Assembly: GCA_963749915.1 (NCBI GenBank)
Contig: CAVVOP010000008.1
Coordinates: 224,001 to 288,000, forward strand
DNA: 64,000 nt
Reading direction: 5' to 3'
Source: an uncultured cyanobacterium
Lineage (GTDB): Bacteria > Cyanobacteriota > Cyanobacteriia > Cyanobacteriales > Cyanobacteriaceae
The translations under genes and the position numbers were made by a program. The notes under the pieces are model-generated. The model ran no database searches. It was not told the origin of the DNA and saw only the letters and a program-made list of their open reading frames with translations. Numbering within the stretch: position 1 is the stretch's first letter; each line of letters begins with the position of its first letter. Shown here in pieces: positions 12,156 through 22,942 of the stretch.

Positions 12156-13670
12156 TTGGTTATAATAATAATAATAATAATCGTTATTATTTTAGGTATT
12201 TTTTTTCGCTTGACTAATATAGATAAAAAAATTTATTGGCATGATGAAGTTTATACTTCTTTAAGGGTAGCCGGTTATAATGGTGAACAAGTGGTGAACA
12301 CTTTATTTAATGGCAATATTATTACTGTTCAAGATTTATTATATTTTCAAAATTTAGATCCTGAAACTCCGTTATCTCAGACCATTAAAGCACTTAACGA
12401 GCATCCAGAACATCCACCACTATATTATTTATTCCTGCGTTTTTGGCAAAATTTATTTGGAAGTTCAATTTTAATCAATCGCAGTTTATCGGTACTATTT
12501 AGTTTACTCATTTTTCCAGCCATTTATTTTTTATCACAAAAATTATTTAACCATCACTTAGTTAGTTTAATTAGCATCGCATTGGTTGCAATTTCACCCA
12601 CTCAAATATTATATGCCCAAGAAGCGAGAGAATATAGTTTATGGGTCGTGACAATTATTTTATCTAGTTTGTTTTTTTTCAAAGCAATTAAATCTAATAA
12701 AAATTCTCATTGGATTGGTTATAGTTTAAGTCTATGTGCTACTTTTTATACTTCTATCTTATCCTTATTTCTTCCTTTCGTTAATATTGCATATATTTTT
12801 TTAATGAGGAAATCCTTAAATATAAAAACTAAAATAAATTTTATCATTTTTACTGTTATAAGTGTTACATTATTTATCCCTTGGATATTAATAACTTTAA
12901 CAAATTTGTATATAATTAAAGAGAAAACAAGTTGGATAAATGTGGAACAATCTTTAGGGTTTCTAGCCAATTTATGGGGTTTACATTTTACCAGTTTATT
13001 TGCTGATATGGGTTTACCGTTATATCATTGGGCCAGTTATATTTTTATTGCTTTAGTCTTTAGTTTTATTTTTTATAGTTTCTTTTTTGTTATCAAAAAT
13101 ACTAGTAAAAATATTTGGTTATATCTGTTATTATTAACACTTATTCCCACATTAGGCTTAATTTTACCAGATTTAATCTTCGGCGGAATTAGGTCAAGTA
13201 TGACTAGATATTTTTTCCCTGCTTATGTTGCTGTATATTTAAGCACTGCCTACACTTTAGGGAAGAAAATCGAACAAAAATCAAACAGATGGTTAATAAT
13301 ATTAGGATTAATTTTTATTATTAGTATTGTATCTAATATTATTAGTGGAAATAGTGAAACTTGGTGGAATAAGGTGGTTAGTTATCAGAATCCAGCCATT
13401 GCTAACCTGATAAATAAAGCCGAAAATCCCTTAGTTATTGCTGAAAAATTCGACATTAATGAGGGCAACATTATTTCCCTTAGTCATAAGTTAAAGCCGA
13501 ATGTTAAACTTCAACTATTAGATATTGATACCCCAGTTATAGCTTATGAAAATTTTGCTGATATTTATATATTTAATCCTTCTCCTGAATTAATAACAGA
13601 GATAGAAAAAATTTATCAAGCAAAAGTAGTTAAGGTTTATAATTTACTTTATAAAGTAAGCTCCAAGTAG
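12156..13670 (+). CDS. GT39/PMT-like membrane glycosyltransferase (N-terminus possibly frameshifted from ATG 12127)
   Basis: YWHDE, EHPPLYY, YAQEAREYS, many TM helices. Confidence 0.82.
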   Translation: MVIIIIIIIVIILGIFFRLTNIDKKIYWHDEVYTSLRVAGYNGEQVVNTLFNGNIITVQDLLYFQNLDPETPLSQTIKALNEHPEHPPLYYLFLRFWQNLFGSSILINRSLSVLFSLLIFPAIYFLSQKLFNHHLVSLISIALVAISPTQILYAQEAREYSLWVVTIILSSLFFFKAIKSNKNSHWIGYSLSLCATFYTSILSLFLPFVNIAYIFLMRKSLNIKTKINFIIFTVISVTLFIPWILITLTNLYIIKEKTSWINVEQSLGFLANLWGLHFTSLFADMGLPLYHWASYIFIALVFSFIFYSFFFVIKNTSKNIWLYLLLLTLIPTLGLILPDLIFGGIRSSMTRYFFPAYVAVYLSTAYTLGKKIEQKSNRWLIILGLIFIISIVSNIISGNSETWWNKVVSYQNPAIANLINKAENPLVIAEKFDINEGNIISLSHKLKPNVKLQLLDIDTPVIAYENFADIYIFNPSPELITEIEKIYQAKVVKVYNLLYKVSSK

Positions 13671-15815
13671 TTTTAAGGGCTTAGTAAATAATGCCCTCAC
13701 TAATAGCCAAAACGACATTAATTCTCCAGGCGTTTTCTGATAATTCCATCTATTTGGGGGACAAAAAATTATTTTTATAAGTTGGCGATATTGTGATAAA
13801 GATACTTGATTAAATATAATTTTACCTGCTTTGTTTTTTTCTTGATTTTTGATAGTCTTAAATTCTAATAACAATCCTTCCTCGACAAATTCTATTTTTC
13901 CTTCTGTGGGAATTTCTACTGATGAATTAAGGCAAATTTCTGCACCAATTTCGCAAATTTTATTGGTAAAACTTTCATAAATTTGATTGGGGGTAATTAT
14001 TCTTACTCTCTTTTTCATAGTTAACCACTGATAACTGTCAAGTTTTGGTACATCCAACATAACCACGAGAGATAAAGCTAACACAATTAAGTTATAAATA
14101 TTCCAAAATAAAATAATCCAGAGACTTAAGGTATCAGTAACATAGTCAATATTATTATTGTTTAATTCATTTAGTAAATCGAAAAAAGTAATAATATTGA
14201 TGATAAAAATAAAAATTAATGGTGATGCTAAACGCCAATTAAAATAATAACCATTATTTCGAATACCTTTAGGGGTAACTTTGAAGATAGAGGCAAAAGG
14301 ATTAACTAAAGTTTGGAAAATTTCTAAGGATAAGGGTACAGCAGTTACGACATTATAAACCTCTGACATTAATGCAGATCGACTCCGAAAATTTAGCCAA
14401 GAAAAGGTTAATAGTTGGACAAAATAAAAAGGGAGAAAAAAATAGATTATTGCTTCAAAATCCACTTTTAATGGTGTGATATGTAAAAAATTATAAGCTA
14501 AGGGTAATAGTAATAATATCACTCTTAATGGACTTAAAAACCATTGTGAAATACCTTCTAAATGGGCTAACCTTTGCCAAAAATTTAAACCCTTGATAAA
14601 TAAAGGATTTTCGGGGATAAATAATGTTTGAATTGTGCCTCTTGCCCACCTTTTGCGTTGTCTAATATGACTAAAAGTATTTTCTGGTGATAACCCTGCA
14701 CTTAAACTTTCTTCTAAATAAATTACTTGATAACCAGCCGCCGCTAATTTAATTCCTGTATGATAATCTTCACTCAATGAATTAGTAACAAAACCACCTA
14801 TCTTTTCTAAGTAATTTTTTCTTACTATGAATGAACTTCCGTAACATAAAGCTGTATTAAGACTATCCCTAACTAATTGATAATAACGAGAAAAAATTTC
14901 TACTTCTGTGGGTATTTTCGTTGCTAATCCTAAATTTCTGGCAATGGGATCATGGGAATAAAAACTTTGATAAGTTTGTAATAAGCCAATCTTGGGATCT
15001 TGAAAAAAGCCGATGGTTCGTGTTAAAAAATTAGTAGTAGGAATAAAATCTGCATCAAAAACCACTATTAATTCTCCGCCAGTTTTAGTTAAGGCGTTAT
15101 TTAAGTTACCAGCTTTGGCATGAAGATTATTTTCACGGGTGAGATAATGACAGTTTAATTCTTGACATAATTGTCTAATTTCTTCTCGATTTCCATCATC
15201 TAAAAGATAGATTTTTTTTCTGTTATATTCTATTTCTTGACAACCAACGATTGTTCTTTTTACTACTTCTAATGGTTCATTATAACTGGGAATTAAAATA
15301 TCTACTGTCGGTTGATAAGTACCTTTTATTACTGCCTCTGACATCCTATGGGCTTGAGATTTTCTACTCTTGATTTTTAAGGTGATAATAGTTTGCCAAA
15401 ATAGGTTAATAATAAATGCTAATTCGATGGCAAATAAAAGTATGCTAAAAATACTGTTAATGGGATCACTTAAATTGAGGCTGGAATGCGATCGCCAGAA
15501 AAAATAACGGATCATAAAAAATAAAGAAGTTAAAACTATTATTATCCTTGACCATTTTTTTTGTTGAGGAGATAATTGCATGGTAATTTGCACAATTAAT
15601 ACCCCTATTATCAAAGGTAAAAATAAAGGGAAATAGGAATTAAATTCATGAAGTCTTAACCATAAAAGAAGATTTTTTTGTTGTAAATAGAGAAAATTGA
15701 AAAAATAAGTAATGATTTCTTGCCTAGTAATCCAAGCAAAGAAAATACCTACGAGAATACTGGATAAGACGAAAATAATTATAGTGATGGGGTAAAGTCT
15801 AGATTGAATACGCAT
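13644..15815 (-). CDS. Cellulose synthase catalytic subunit-like GT2 glycosyltransferase
   Basis: IPSYNE, LLDDG, HAKAGNLN, FDAD, SED, QRKRW; TM helices and a PilZ-like C-terminus. Confidence 0.85.
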   Translation of the reverse strand: MRIQSRLYPITIIIFVLSSILVGIFFAWITRQEIITYFFNFLYLQQKNLLLWLRLHEFNSYFPLFLPLIIGVLIVQITMQLSPQQKKWSRIIIVLTSLFFMIRYFFWRSHSSLNLSDPINSIFSILLFAIELAFIINLFWQTIITLKIKSRKSQAHRMSEAVIKGTYQPTVDILIPSYNEPLEVVKRTIVGCQEIEYNRKKIYLLDDGNREEIRQLCQELNCHYLTRENNLHAKAGNLNNALTKTGGELIVVFDADFIPTTNFLTRTIGFFQDPKIGLLQTYQSFYSHDPIARNLGLATKIPTEVEIFSRYYQLVRDSLNTALCYGSSFIVRKNYLEKIGGFVTNSLSEDYHTGIKLAAAGYQVIYLEESLSAGLSPENTFSHIRQRKRWARGTIQTLFIPENPLFIKGLNFWQRLAHLEGISQWFLSPLRVILLLLPLAYNFLHITPLKVDFEAIIYFFLPFYFVQLLTFSWLNFRSRSALMSEVYNVVTAVPLSLEIFQTLVNPFASIFKVTPKGIRNNGYYFNWRLASPLIFIFIINIITFFDLLNELNNNNIDYVTDTLSLWIILFWNIYNLIVLALSLVVMLDVPKLDSYQWLTMKKRVRIITPNQIYESFTNKICEIGAEICLNSSVEIPTEGKIEFVEEGLLLEFKTIKNQEKNKAGKIIFNQVSLSQYRQLIKIIFCPPNRWNYQKTPGELMSFWLLVRALFTKPLKLLGAYFIK

Positions 15816-15923
15816 AATTTATAAATAATTCAATATAAATATATAAAATTCTCTGAGAAAATCTTAAGATTAATCGTAGTAATCATAACACTTTTAAATA
15901 AAATTTTAGATAGTAACAATAAT

Positions 15924-17939
15924 TTAGCTAAAATTAATTTTCAGAATTGATAAATCATCTTCAAAATTAGCAGATTTATTAATTGTACAAACATAATTAA
16001 TAATTTCTTCTAAATTTTTACGACCATCTTTCTGAATATTTAATAATAAATCTGTAAAATTATTTAATCCCCAAATTTCATTATTTTCTAGGGCAATTTC
16101 GTAAATGCCATCACTAAATATATATATAATACTATCTCGTTGAATTTTGCATATATTTTGATCAAAATTAAATTCAGACATTAAACCAATGGGAATATTA
16201 GGAGTTGATAATGTTTTATACTCATAACCCGAAGGAGAATAAGAGAGTAAAATAGCAGGAGGATGACCAGCAGAAGCATAAATTAATTCATGAGTAACTT
16301 TATTGTAAACTCCATACCAAATAGTAAAATAATTACTACCATCATCTATCTGAAAAAGTCGATTTAATTCTGTCAAAATTGTCCAAGGTTGATAAGGATC
16401 AGTATTATAAAGAGAGTTATTGCGGACTAAATTTAAGACAGATACAGACAATAAAGCCGAGTGAACACCATGGCCCGCTACATCAAGTAAATAAATAACA
16501 ATATTTTCTTCATCTAACCAATAATAATCAAAAATATCCCCTCCTAATTTGGCACAAGGAATAAACTTTTGTTCTATTTCTAGTTTTCCTTGTTTATGGG
16601 GGGAAGGTAGTAAAGAAAAAACATATTCGGAAGCCAAATTAAGTTCAGAATGCAAAGATAAATTTCTTTCTTTTAGTTCTTGTTCAGCTTGTTTTTTTTT
16701 GATAAAAAGCCCAATTTGACTACCCATGATTGCAATATTTTCTAAGAGGGCGAAATCATTTTTTTTATGTTCATAAGAAAAGAAACACATTAGGCCTAAA
16801 TGTTCTTCTCCATTATTAATAGGAAAAGCAAAAATCGGTTGTAAATTCGTTTTCATTTTTAGATGATCCGAGAGAAATTTACTACTTTCAACCCAATTCT
16901 CATAAATGTTAAACTGCCAGTTATACCAAGGTATTGCTTTAATTTTTTCCTGATGGTGAAGATTAATATTTTCAATTTTTTTATCTTTAATAGACCATGA
17001 ATTTTGAAAATGAACTAACTGTGTACTGCTACTAAAAGTCCAATATTCTCCTGTTTCCCATGCTAAATTTTCTCCAATAACTTGTAAAACTCCTTTGATA
17101 CCTTCATCAACACTATTAGATTCAGCTAATATTTTGATAATATCACGCTCTATTTTTTGATATATTTCAATTCTTTTTCTGTCAGTAATATCATTTAAAC
17201 TCCCAGAAATGCCTTGTATTTCCTGATTTTTTTCCACTGGGGAAGCAAAAATTTGCATCCAACCAAGATCCTGATTTTTTTTAAAATATCGTAGTTGCCA
17301 ATAACATTTACGATTTTTTTTCTCAATTAAAGACTGAAAATTTTGAGAATAAAGCTGTAAATCATCAGGATAAATATATTCAGAAAAATTATGCCCTAGA
17401 CTTTCTTCGGGAGATAAATCTGTTAATTCTTTCCATGCTGGATTAAGAAAAGTAATTTTTCCGGTTATGTCTGTATAAAAAATGACTTCTTTAAGATTTT
17501 CGACTAAAGATCGATATTTTTCTTCACTTTCTTTCAAGGCCTTTTCGGCTTTTTTTGCATCTAATAAATAACGGATACGACGACGTAACACAGCTGGATT
17601 AATGGGTTTTGTTAAAAAATCCGTTGCACCAACTTCATAAGCCTTATTAACGGAAATTTGGTCATCCAACACTGTAATCATCAATATAGGGGTATCTTCA
17701 CTGTTAGGTAATTGTGTTAGTTGATGACAACAGTCAAAACCATCCATCACAGGCATCAAACCGTCTAACAGTACCATATCAGGGTGTAATTCTTGATAGG
17801 CTGTTAAACACTTTTCCCCATTTTCTACCCCTACAATCTCATATCCATCTTTATTTAATATCGAAGTAAGTATATTCCGACTGAGGGACTCGTCATCAGC
17901 TATAAGAATTAAGGTTTTTCTTTTCTGAGAATTTAACAT
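15924..17939 (-). CDS. REC-PAS-GAF-SpoIIE (PP2C) response regulator phosphatase
   Basis: ADDE/LLDGLMP/TKP receiver domain, PAS, GGDIFD, DVAGHG, AGHPP, SDG, EDDLS. Confidence 0.9.
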   Translation of the reverse strand: MLNSQKRKTLILIADDESLSRNILTSILNKDGYEIVGVENGEKCLTAYQELHPDMVLLDGLMPVMDGFDCCHQLTQLPNSEDTPILMITVLDDQISVNKAYEVGATDFLTKPINPAVLRRRIRYLLDAKKAEKALKESEEKYRSLVENLKEVIFYTDITGKITFLNPAWKELTDLSPEESLGHNFSEYIYPDDLQLYSQNFQSLIEKKNRKCYWQLRYFKKNQDLGWMQIFASPVEKNQEIQGISGSLNDITDRKRIEIYQKIERDIIKILAESNSVDEGIKGVLQVIGENLAWETGEYWTFSSSTQLVHFQNSWSIKDKKIENINLHHQEKIKAIPWYNWQFNIYENWVESSKFLSDHLKMKTNLQPIFAFPINNGEEHLGLMCFFSYEHKKNDFALLENIAIMGSQIGLFIKKKQAEQELKERNLSLHSELNLASEYVFSLLPSPHKQGKLEIEQKFIPCAKLGGDIFDYYWLDEENIVIYLLDVAGHGVHSALLSVSVLNLVRNNSLYNTDPYQPWTILTELNRLFQIDDGSNYFTIWYGVYNKVTHELIYASAGHPPAILLSYSPSGYEYKTLSTPNIPIGLMSEFNFDQNICKIQRDSIIYIFSDGIYEIALENNEIWGLNNFTDLLLNIQKDGRKNLEEIINYVCTINKSANFEDDLSILKINFS

Positions 17940-18121
17940 TTATTTGATGATCTGGTTTTACGGTTAAGAATATAAGTAAGTCTAAACCAAACTCCATAGA
18001 AATCTCTAAAAACAAAAAAACGAAATCAATTTTAGGCAATAATTCATCAGTTTGTATCACGATTGCCTATTGGCCATATTTTCCATGGCCTATTTCCTGA
18101 CCCCTAAAAGAAGTCTAATTA

Positions 18122-19051
18122 CTAGGACACAGACGCCAAAGTTTCCGGGGGAGAATTCTCTTCTTCGGCATTGCCTTGATTAGCTAACCATAAAAATACG
18201 GTTAGAGGCAATATTCCCAATAAAATTCCGAGAAAAATAGGTACATAAAAGCCGACACCAATACTCATAATCATGGCAAAACTAAAATTTCCTATATACA
18301 CTCCCGCTGGGATAGTAAGGGTTATTTTGTCAAAATCAAGGGGTTTGAAACGCCAAAAAACGGTCGCCACGGTCATAAATATAGCACCTGTACCGAACCA
18401 ACCTGCAAAATTTTGATAAGGCATTCCGAAAAATTCCCCGGGTTGGTCCCATAACCAAAATGGTACGCTTGTTTGACTCATGGCGGGATCTAACACAAAA
18501 TCCCATGATGTTAATAATAATGCACCAAAAATGATTGCACCTAGATCTTTTAACCAAGAATGGATTGCTAATTTATTTAAACCGACTCTAGCAATAAGAT
18601 AACTGCTAAAACCGAGATAAAACCAAGATAAAGGAATGGTAAAAGGCACTAAACCGGATATTTTATAGCCTAAGCCAGAAAGATAGTGATAAGCACCAAA
18701 GGGGAAGCCAGTACTTGTACCTAATAATTCACTAGTGAGAGAAATTCCTAAGGAGGGAATCATGAAGGTTAACCAATGAAATGTACCTAATTGACGATAA
18801 GCATAAATTGCGATTGCCGCCCAACCTAGAATCATATATACCACTCCCCCACCCATCATTGACCAAGTAAAAGCGGATTGTCCGATCCGTGGTAAATTGG
18901 CGATGAATTGAGGATGGGGTAACACTAATAATAAACCGGCCAAGCCAAATATCATGGCTACAACATGACTGATTAAAAAATAACCTTCTTTTTCTCGTAA
19001 TATCTCTTTAAACAAGGTTTTGCCTCCTCTCAAATTGGATTGTTTCATCAT
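18122..19051 (-). CDS. cruF: Gamma-carotene 1'-hydroxylase (carotenoid hydratase)
   Basis: SELLGTSTGFPFG.Y.Y, VPFTIPLSWF, WDFVLDPAM, PYQNFAGW. Confidence 0.88.
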   Translation of the reverse strand: MMKQSNLRGGKTLFKEILREKEGYFLISHVVAMIFGLAGLLLVLPHPQFIANLPRIGQSAFTWSMMGGGVVYMILGWAAIAIYAYRQLGTFHWLTFMIPSLGISLTSELLGTSTGFPFGAYHYLSGLGYKISGLVPFTIPLSWFYLGFSSYLIARVGLNKLAIHSWLKDLGAIIFGALLLTSWDFVLDPAMSQTSVPFWLWDQPGEFFGMPYQNFAGWFGTGAIFMTVATVFWRFKPLDFDKITLTIPAGVYIGNFSFAMIMSIGVGFYVPIFLGILLGILPLTVFLWLANQGNAEEENSPPETLASVS

Positions 19052-19234
19052 AAAAACTAACGGCTTCGGTAAAATTAAATTTATTCTTAATATTCTACAA
19101 GCATTTATTAAGTTTTATTAACAAGCTTACCTTATCAGTCCATAAATATATTTGAGAACAGGCAAAAAGCAACAAGTAATGAGTAATTATTTAGTCTTAA
19201 ACGTCTTCTGGTTTACCAACACCGAGTGAATTAA

Positions 19235-19711
19235 CTAAAGGGTAGCAAAGGCAAAGGTTACATTAAATTCACGACACCAGATACCTACGGATTTAAACTC
19301 GTTGATGTTAATATGATCCGGAATTAAATAACGTTGTCCTCCCTGAAAACTTTTTAGCATGGCTACGTTGAAATATTCGTTAGGTTTTGGATTAACCCCA
19401 ATTTGACTGTTACGATGTAAAATTACTTGCACATCAGGTCCTTTTGCGGTGGTAAAATCAGAGCTAAATTCTAAGTAACGTTTCCCGTTTTCCGTTACGA
19501 TTTTAACTTGTCCTGTTGTTTGTTTTTCTTGTTCAACGGTGACAAATTTTCCCCTTTCCATAAGATTTTGAACTATTTTTATGGGAATAGAATTATTTGC
19601 TTCAACTGGTTTTGATGATAAAAATAAGTTTGTTGTACTTAAAGCAATACCGGTAGTTGCAACTAAGGAGATAGCTGAGAATTTAAAAGTTTTGATTTGA
19701 GTGAATTTCAT
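19235..19711 (-). CDS. Exported DM13 domain protein
   Basis: Signal peptide, GPDVQVIL, V.IWC..FNVTF. Confidence 0.85.
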   Translation of the reverse strand: MKFTQIKTFKFSAISLVATTGIALSTTNLFLSSKPVEANNSIPIKIVQNLMERGKFVTVEQEKQTTGQVKIVTENGKRYLEFSSDFTTAKGPDVQVILHRNSQIGVNPKPNEYFNVAMLKSFQGGQRYLIPDHININEFKSVGIWCREFNVTFAFATL

Positions 19712-19914
19712 TTTTTATAACTCCAACATTAATGTATTTGTCGATTATTATTATTATGGCTATCTAGTCTGAAAAATATCTTGATAGTTTCTGAGTAAAT
19801 TATCAGTAGTTAATCATCTAAATTAGGCGAGGATAGAATGTTCCTGAACAATCTCTCAGTTAAGCTAATATGGAAATGAGCGTCAATTATGATATCAATT
19901 ATTAATTATTAACT

Positions 19915-21105
19915 ATGAATACCTCAACCTTGCCGAAATCCTCTTTAAAAATTCGTTCTATACAGTATCGTGATCTAAATTCTGTTTCTGCTTTATTACA
20001 ACAAAGTTTGTCTATCGAGTTTAACATTCGTCAAGCGGTTTTGTTGGAGAAGCTACAAAAATATCAAAGTTTTTACGGATTATTGCAGTTATCAAAATTA
20101 TTCCCCATCCCCTTAAACACGGATTTTTATGTTTATGTAGCGGAAAAAGACGAACAAATACAAGGTTTAATACAAGTTGCTCCTTTTAACCATACCCGTA
20201 GCACGTGGAAAGTGGAGCAAGTCTTAATTAATTATAATACTTCTATCAGTCATTTACTCATTGGTAATCGTAGCATCGGTTCACAACTTTTACGACACTG
20301 TTTTGAGAAAATTTGGGAAGCCAGAACATGGATACTAGAAGTTAATATCAATGAAAAAAATACCCTTGGTTTATATCGAGAAAATGGATTTCAACCTCTT
20401 GCACAAATGACCTATTGGCGTTGCAAACCAGAAATATTAGCAAAACTAGCACAACAAGAGCCAAATTTACCCAATTTATTACCCGTTAGTAATGCCGATG
20501 CAAAACTACTTTATCAATTGGACTGTGTTTCTATGCCTCCAATGTTACGACAAATATTTGATCGCCATATAGAAGACTTCAAGGTGGGATTAGGTCGCTT
20601 TATTTGCCAAAAAATTCAGGCATGGTTAAACAACATCGAGGAAATTAGTGCTTATGTATTTGAACCCCAGAGAAAAGCCGCCATCGGCTATTTCAAACTA
20701 TACCTATCAAAAGATGGAAGTAAACCCCACGAGGCCCTATTAACAGTACATCCGGCCTATACATGGCTTTATCCAAAACTCATCAGCCAAATGGCAACGG
20801 TAATTAAAACTCTACCCTCTCAATCTCTGTTCGTCTCTTCTTCCGACTATCAACCCGAAAGAGAAGAATATCTCGAAAAATTAGGTGCGGAAAGAATCGA
20901 TCAAAATTTATTAATGTCACGTTCAGTATGGCATAAACTTAGAGAGGCAAAACATCTAGAATCTCTTAATTTACCCGAAGTATTAAACGGGTTAAAACCG
21001 GCACATACTCCCATCCCGACCCCTTGGATTAAATCATGGTTAGAAAGTACTTATAATTCACCTTCTTTAACCAACCACAAGGACACAAATAGTACTCAAG
21101 AGTAA
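19915..21105 (+). CDS. GNAT family N-acetyltransferase
   Basis: IGSQLL and LYRENGF GNAT motifs. Confidence 0.8.
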   Translation: MNTSTLPKSSLKIRSIQYRDLNSVSALLQQSLSIEFNIRQAVLLEKLQKYQSFYGLLQLSKLFPIPLNTDFYVYVAEKDEQIQGLIQVAPFNHTRSTWKVEQVLINYNTSISHLLIGNRSIGSQLLRHCFEKIWEARTWILEVNINEKNTLGLYRENGFQPLAQMTYWRCKPEILAKLAQQEPNLPNLLPVSNADAKLLYQLDCVSMPPMLRQIFDRHIEDFKVGLGRFICQKIQAWLNNIEEISAYVFEPQRKAAIGYFKLYLSKDGSKPHEALLTVHPAYTWLYPKLISQMATVIKTLPSQSLFVSSSDYQPEREEYLEKLGAERIDQNLLMSRSVWHKLREAKHLESLNLPEVLNGLKPAHTPIPTPWIKSWLESTYNSPSLTNHKDTNSTQE

Positions 21106-21178
21106 AATTATAGGGGTTTTCGTTTGGGTAGAACACTATATTTGTATTGGTAAATATCATTCGCCCAAATCTCAGAAC

Positions 21179-22096
21179 TCAGTTTAGACAAGCAAGAATA
21201 GTTTGCTCAACAGATTCTGCTAAGGCTTCTAAATGGTATCCCCCTTCAAGTCCAAAGACAATTTTTTTAGTAAGATTTAGACAATGTTTTGTTAATGTAT
21301 AGTAGTCTTGGGGAAACAAAGAGACTCCTGCTAAAGGATCTAAATGATTAGCGTCATACCCAGCACTGATGATTAATAAATCTGGTGCAAATTTGCTGAC
21401 AAAGGGAATTACTTTCTCTTGGAAGTATAACTCATATTCCTTGATGGTGCTGCCCGCTTTCACGGGAATATTTAAGACATTATCATAAAAACCCCGATCA
21501 CTTTCTTTTCCTGTGCCGGGGTAACATGGATACTGATGTAAAGAACAGTAAATAATGTGAGGATTATGGGCAATAATGTCCTCCGTCCCGTTACCGTGGT
21601 GGACATCCCAATCTAAAATTGCCACCTTTTGAACTCCATTTTGACTCAAGGCATAATTAGCGGCGATCGCCGCATTGGAAAATAAACAAAAACCCATTCC
21701 CATCTTCGCAGTGGCGTGATGCCCTGGAGGACGGGCTAAAATAAAACAAGGCTCATTACTACTCAAAACTTGATTAACACCGTCTAACCATGCACTCACC
21801 GCCAATAAAGCCACATCATAGCTTTTTACGGAAACGGGAGTATCTTCATCTAACTTTCCACCTCCTCGTTTGGCGATGGTTTTAATTTGCTGGATATAAT
21901 TAACATCATGGATTTTTGACACCCACTCCATCGCCTCACTTTCATTTACGGGGGTCGGTTCTAACCAGTGTAGCCTGTCACTCCCTAAACTAGCGAGTAA
22001 ATTTGTGCGAATAGCCGTCAATCTTTGGGGCGATTCAGGATGATACCTGCCGGTTTTATGATCTAAAAACTGCTCCGAGAAAATAATTCTTAACAT
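21179..22096 (-). CDS. Histone deacetylase family protein
   Basis: HPESPQRL, RPPGHHA, GFCLFSN, DWDVHHGNGT, LEGGY. Confidence 0.93.
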   Translation of the reverse strand: MLRIIFSEQFLDHKTGRYHPESPQRLTAIRTNLLASLGSDRLHWLEPTPVNESEAMEWVSKIHDVNYIQQIKTIAKRGGGKLDEDTPVSVKSYDVALLAVSAWLDGVNQVLSSNEPCFILARPPGHHATAKMGMGFCLFSNAAIAANYALSQNGVQKVAILDWDVHHGNGTEDIIAHNPHIIYCSLHQYPCYPGTGKESDRGFYDNVLNIPVKAGSTIKEYELYFQEKVIPFVSKFAPDLLIISAGYDANHLDPLAGVSLFPQDYYTLTKHCLNLTKKIVFGLEGGYHLEALAESVEQTILACLN

Positions 22097-22172
22097 TACC
22101 AGTAAAACAGTTAATTATCATCTGAATTCTAACATTTTTTGCCTCTCATTCTAGATTTTTGGCAAAATTCTC

Positions 22173-22201
22173 TTGACAAAATCAAAAATATGGTATATAT
22201 T
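22173..22201 (+). promoter_or_regulatory. Sigma70-type promoter for a putative sRNA
   Basis: TTGACA-17 bp-TATATT with no credible + strand CDS downstream. Confidence 0.6.
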
Positions 22202-22206
22202 TTACT

Positions 22207-22290
22207 TGTGTGGGGAGCGAACCAGTTAGAGAGTCGAGACGAAACAAGGTCAGTCGTCGATTCTCTTTCTGAAAGAAAATTCTCCAACAT
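22207..22290 (+). ncRNA. yfr2: Probable Yfr2-family small RNA (boundaries approximate)
   Basis: 5' GTGTGGGGAG; hairpin AGAGAGTCGA-GAC [GAAACAAGGTCA loop] GTC-G-TCGATTCTCT; directly behind a consensus promoter. Confidence 0.6.
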
Positions 22291-22366
22291 CAATAATCGC
22301 CACAACAACAACGCCCTACCTCAAAAAAGGGGGTAAGACGTGGACCGGATGAATGGATAATTAAAA

Positions 22367-22942
22367 TTAGTTAGAAGTTTGGGCTGCAAACATTTCTTTC
22401 AATTTACTCAACTCATTCGCCCAACGGGGATCAGGCTGGACAGATTCGGACGCCGACAGGGGCTTATTTCCTTTGGGCTTGGCTTTACTGCGAGCTTTCT
22501 TGGTAGTAGCCTTCTTAGGTCCTTCACGACGACTGGGCTTGACAGTGTCAGTCTCCACGGGGGTAACAACTTCATTTACTGTGTCTAATTCTTTTACTGT
22601 GCCTAATTCACCGTCACCAGTTTCGGTGGCAGTGGCATTTTCTTCTTTATCCCCTTTAGTGCGAGGTAAGGCTTTTTCAATCAATAGGATAAAATCGGCA
22701 CCGTTTTCATCCTTAAAAGGTTCGTCATTGTAAATAAAAACCTGATTATTGTATCTACCGATAAATTGATCTGCATCTTCATCGGTAGGTACTGTTACAA
22801 ATCCAAATCCACGACACTCATTTTTTTTACGTTCTTTAATCAGTTTAGTAGTGAAAGAGGGTTCAAATTCACTAAACATTTTTTCAAAGCCTTCTTTTTC
22901 TAATTCTGCTTTGGGTAATTTAACATAAAGACGTACAGACAT
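22367..22942 (-). CDS. RRM RNA-binding protein with a long C-terminal extension
   Basis: MSVRLYV, RNP1 RGFGFV, QPDPRW tail. Confidence 0.85.
   Translation of the reverse strand: MSVRLYVKLPKAELEKEGFEKMFSEFEPSFTTKLIKERKKNECRGFGFVTVPTDEDADQFIGRYNNQVFIYNDEPFKDENGADFILLIEKALPRTKGDKEENATATETGDGELGTVKELDTVNEVVTPVETDTVKPSRREGPKKATTKKARSKAKPKGNKPLSASESVQPDPRWANELSKLKEMFAAQTSN

Noticed and set aside
22129..22336. 60-65 aa ORFs on both strands
   Set aside because: They overlap the promoter and hairpin better explained as an sRNA, and have no protein-like features.
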